From: Gammaproteobacteria bacterium
Lineage (GTDB): Bacteria; Pseudomonadota; Gammaproteobacteria; Natronospirales; REEB76
DNA length: 64,000 nt
Reading direction: 5' to 3'
Assembly (NCBI GenBank): GCA_049698775.1
Contig: JBAVYM010000009.1
Coordinates: 5,020 to 69,019 of the forward strand
A program made the position numbers and the translations under genes. Positions 62,153 to 64,000 of this stretch are shown one piece after another; position 1 is the stretch's first letter; every line of letters starts with the position of its first letter. The notes beneath the pieces are model-generated. The model was not told the origin of the DNA. It worked only from the letters and a program-made list of their open reading frames with translations, and made no database searches.

Positions 62153-64000
62153 ATGAGTGAAAATCTGGTCATCGTCGAGTCTCCGGCCAAAGCCAAGACC
62201 ATCAAGAAGTACCTGGGCAACGGCTTCGAGGTGCTGGCGTCCTACGGTCACGTGCGCGATCTGGTGCCCAAGGAAGGCGCGGTGGATCCAGAAAAGGATT
62301 TCGCGATGAAGTACGCGCCCATCGAACGCAATGAAAAACACGTGGACGCCATCGTCAAGGCGCTCAAGAAGGCCGATGCGCTGTACCTCGCCACTGACCC
62401 GGACCGCGAAGGCGAGGCCATTTCCTGGCATTTGCATGAAATCCTCAAGGACAAGGGCGCGCTCAAGAACAAGGACGTGCACCGCGTGGTGTTCCACGAA
62501 ATCACGCAGCGCGCCGTGAATGATGCGGTGGCGCATCCGCGCGCGCTGTCCATCGAACTGGTGAATGCCCAGCAGGCGCGGCGCGCGCTGGATTACCTGG
62601 TCGGCTTCAACCTGTCGCCGCTGCTGTGGAAGAAAATCCGCCGCGGCCTGTCCGCCGGCCGCGTGCAAAGCCCGGCACTGCGCCTGATCGTGGAGCGCGA
62701 GAACGAGATAGACAAATTCAAGACCGAAGAATACTGGACGCTCCTCGCCAATGTGGAGAAAGAGGCGCAGCCCTTCAGTGCGCGGCTGTACCGCTATGCC
62801 GGCGACAAAGTGGAACAGTTCAGCTTCCGCGATGAAAAATCCACGCGCGCCGCCGAACAGGCGCTGCTCAAGTCCGCAGACGGTCAGCTCACTGTCGCCT
62901 CGGTCGAAAAGAAGCAGCGCAAACGCAATGCTGCACCGCCATTCACCACCTCTACCTTGCAGCAGGAAGCCGCGCGCAAACTCGGCTTCACCGCGCAACG
63001 TACCATGCGCACCGCCCAGCAGTTGTATGAAGGCATAGACCTGAGCGGCGAAGGCCCGGTCGGCCTGATTTCCTACATGCGCACCGACTCGGTGTCGCTG
63101 GCGGCGGAAGCCGTGGCCGAAATCCGCGAGGTGATTCTCAAGCGTTACGGCCAGGATCATCTGCCGGAAGAGCCGCGGGTGTACAAGACCAAATCCAAGA
63201 ACGCGCAGGAAGCCCACGAAGCCATCCGCCCCACTTCCGCGGCGCGCGCGCCGGAGGATGTGCATGGCAAGCTCACGGATGAACAGCGCAAGCTCTACGA
63301 TCTCATCTGGAAACGTACCGTCGCCTGCCAGATGGAACAGGCGGTGTTCGACACCGTTACCGCCGATCTGGATGCCGGCCATGACAGCAGTTTCCGTGCC
63401 ACCGGCTCGGTGCTGGTGGTGCCGGGATTCATGGCCGTGTACCAGGAAGGCCATGACGACAACGGCATGGACGAGGAAGAACGCCTGCTGCCTCCGCTCA
63501 CGCAAGGCGAACACATCGCGCTCAAGGATATATTGTGCGAACAGCATTTCACCGAGCCGCCGCCGCGTTACACGGAAGCCAGCCTGGTCAAGGCGCTGGA
63601 GGAATTCGGCATCGGCCGTCCGTCCACCTACGCAACCATCATCTCCACGCTGCAACAGCGCGAATACGTGGAAATGGACCGCAAGCGTTTCAAACCCACC
63701 GACGTGGGCCGCGTGGTCGCGAAATTCCTCACCGAGCACTTTACCCAGTACGTGGATTACGATTTCACCGCGAAGATGGAAGATGAGCTGGATGCCGTGT
63801 CGCGCGGCGAGAAGGAATGGGTGCCGGTGATGCACGAGTTCTGGGGTCCGTTCAAGAAACTTGTGGACCACAAGGAAGAGAACGTCTCGCGCAAGGATGT
63901 CACTACCGAGAAGATGGATGAGAAGTGCCCGAAATGCGGCAAACCGCTGTCCATCCGCCTGGGGCGGCGCGGGCGTTTCATCGGCTGCACCGGCTATCCG
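62153..64000 (+). CDS. topA: DNA topoisomerase I; 3' end runs off the right edge
   Basis: Hand translation from ATG 62153 reads MSENLVIVESPAKAKTIKKYLGNGFEVLASYGHVRDL (Toprim). ...ATDPDREGEAISWH..., ...YEG.....GLISYMRTDS (active-site Tyr region). The first Zn-finger CPKCGKPL...GCTGYP is at the edge. Absent from the ORF track because it is truncated, and the minus ORF 62054-63871 is its shadow. Confidence 0.9.
   Translation, partial: MSENLVIVESPAKAKTIKKYLGNGFEVLASYGHVRDLVPKEGAVDPEKDFAMKYAPIERNEKHVDAIVKALKKADALYLATDPDREGEAISWHLHEILKDKGALKNKDVHRVVFHEITQRAVNDAVAHPRALSIELVNAQQARRALDYLVGFNLSPLLWKKIRRGLSAGRVQSPALRLIVERENEIDKFKTEEYWTLLANVEKEAQPFSARLYRYAGDKVEQFSFRDEKSTRAAEQALLKSADGQLTVASVEKKQRKRNAAPPFTTSTLQQEAARKLGFTAQRTMRTAQQLYEGIDLSGEGPVGLISYMRTDSVSLAAEAVAEIREVILKRYGQDHLPEEPRVYKTKSKNAQEAHEAIRPTSAARAPEDVHGKLTDEQRKLYDLIWKRTVACQMEQAVFDTVTADLDAGHDSSFRATGSVLVVPGFMAVYQEGHDDNGMDEEERLLPPLTQGEHIALKDILCEQHFTEPPPRYTEASLVKALEEFGIGRPSTYATIISTLQQREYVEMDRKRFKPTDVGRVVAKFLTEHFTQYVDYDFTAKMEDELDAVSRGEKEWVPVMHEFWGPFKKLVDHKEENVSRKDVTTEKMDEKCPKCGKPLSIRLGRRGRFIGCTGYP

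Noticed and set aside
62143-62158. LexA-box-like CTGTATATATATGAGT overlapping the topA start codon
   Set aside because: Only the first half-site matches CTG-N10-CAG, and the second half is AGT. It is more likely just AT-rich promoter/leader sequence.
1-64000. Searched by eye for CRISPR arrays, rRNA and tRNA genes
   Set aside because: No regularly spaced direct repeats were seen, and no GGTTCGAATCC-type T-arm or rRNA signatures. Absence cannot be proven without tRNAscan/Infernal.

Overview
High-GC proteobacterial chromosome segment; the gene order def-fmt-rsmB-DUF4390-ntrY-ntrX, dprA-smg-topA and sigma/DUF3619/DUF3106 looks beta/gamma-proteobacterial. All family calls come from reading the translations and motifs by eye, with no searches run. 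Core genes: TonB-dependent receptor, ltaE, skp-like, tricorn-like protease, pntAA/AB/B, priA, argS, ntrYX, rsmB, fmt, def, dprA, smg and topA. There is also a HlyD/ABC/2xFtsX exporter with its own sigma-54 two-component system and a near-consensus -24/-12 promoter. Two edge-truncated genes are missing from the ORF track and were found by hand translation: an Ada/AlkA fusion (1-1281, minus) and topA (62153-64000, plus). Two accessory regions stand out. (1) 4.6-9.6 kb is an AT-richer patch of gene fragments (GST, cupin, EamA, a porin paralog) mixed with intact genes, next to an operon ending in an unusual LytTR-GNAT fusion. (2) 19.3-25.5 kb is a decayed sedentary chromosomal integron. Its intI is split, with an in-frame parC'-'intI chimera and hicAB in the gap, followed by attI/Pc and five cassettes sharing one ~56-bp attC family. 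An IS1111-attC-type IS lies inside the first attC. A second, diverged, transposase-less copy of that IS's structured 3' non-coding arm lies at the array end. Comparing the two copies shows compensatory stem changes and an internal segment that co-varies with the IS terminus, which fits a bridge/seekRNA-type guide RNA. No CRISPR, rRNA or tRNA was recognised.
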